Assembly (NCBI RefSeq): GCF_001194135.2
Contig: NC_069006.1
Span: 16,601,763 to 16,665,762, forward strand
Source of the DNA: Octopus bimaculoides
Lineage: Eukaryota
DNA: 64,000 nucleotides
Reading direction: 5' to 3'
A program made the position numbers and the translations under genes. Numbering within the stretch: position 1 is the first letter of the stretch; each line of letters opens with the position of its first letter. Shown piece by piece: positions 63,330 to 64,000 of this stretch. The notes beneath the pieces were generated by a model that worked only from the letters and a program-made list of their open reading frames with translations, searched no databases and was not told the origin of the DNA.

Positions 63330-64000
63330 TCCTATTCTACCAGATATTTTAAACATCTCAGTGATAACGCTTGCAGGACCATCCCACCACCCCCATCTTC
63401 AATATCTTTGATTGTCTTATCTATCATACAGTTGTCAACTAGGATAGCTGGTCCCTCTGTTAGGTTAACATAGAAGAGACTCCCTTTTTTCCATTCATTC
63501 TCCACATTTAATAGCCTTTCATAGCAGCCCTCCCATGTCTCTTTCTTTTCAGAATCACTAAGTGTAAGCATACCATTATCCATCCATACACACTTCTCTC
63601 CCACATCTTCTCTCTGATACACTGTCTAGCGGTCCTGAATACTCAGGTCTTTGATCTTGATGCTGTAAGATGATATTGGCAAACCTCTTCCTTTCTGCTT
63701 CTGCCCCTGCTAGATAAACCTGTTACCAAGCTTCCCTTTTAGCTATCTGATACGGTTCTTTGTAATCCCCACATTTTCACTCTTTCCAAGCTTGTCTCTG
63801 ATTTTATGGTCATGTCAACCTTGCTGTTCCACCACATTACTCTTGGTCTAAACAGCTTTACTCAAGCCATAGATTTGGTCTCCATAGATTTACCCCATAC
63901 GAACTTCCAGCTGTTTTCTACGTCAAATATTTCAATATCTTCCTCCTTATCAAATGCATCGTTTAGAACATCTACAAATCTCTAGCCATTTGAAAGATCC
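63330..64000 (-). mobile_element. RTE LINE fragment (linker/RT N-terminal region), degenerate
   Basis: DVGEKCVWMDNGMLTLSDSEKKETWEGCYERLLNVENEW matches the RTE K..W..YYE.LLNVENEW pattern. Confidence 0.75.

Overview
AT-rich animal genomic DNA with N-gaps. It is most likely an octopus, inferred from the dense tRNA-derived SINE families, RTE tails and microsatellites. There is no prokaryotic content and no CRISPR. One protein-coding gene spans the window on the minus strand and runs off both ends: an unconventional class XVIII myosin (MYO18A/Mhcl-like). I reconstructed 16 in-phase coding exons (62418 down to 7089; 2190 nt, 730 codons) covering the P-loop through the converter and the start of the IQ/neck. 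They include one GC-AG intron and the class-18 'dead motor' switch substitutions. The most striking feature is a 28.5-kb intron at the converter (35753-7218), about 7x longer than any other complete intron here. It contains two ATG-initiated, phase-0 candidate first exons: a 223-codon disordered segment (24015-23347) and a 43-codon segment ending in a predicted transmembrane helix (15135-15007). Both would splice in frame to the 'VFFRAG' exon and give motor-less, tail-only myosin-18 isoforms, one possibly membrane-anchored. This is inference from splice signals and phase and needs transcript evidence. The rest is intronic and holds SINEs, RTE/CR1-group/R4-Dong LINE fragments, mariner/maT remnants, MITEs, a TIR element carrying a SAP+SWIM pseudo-ORF, an internally deleted U6 snRNA pseudogene and several minisatellites.
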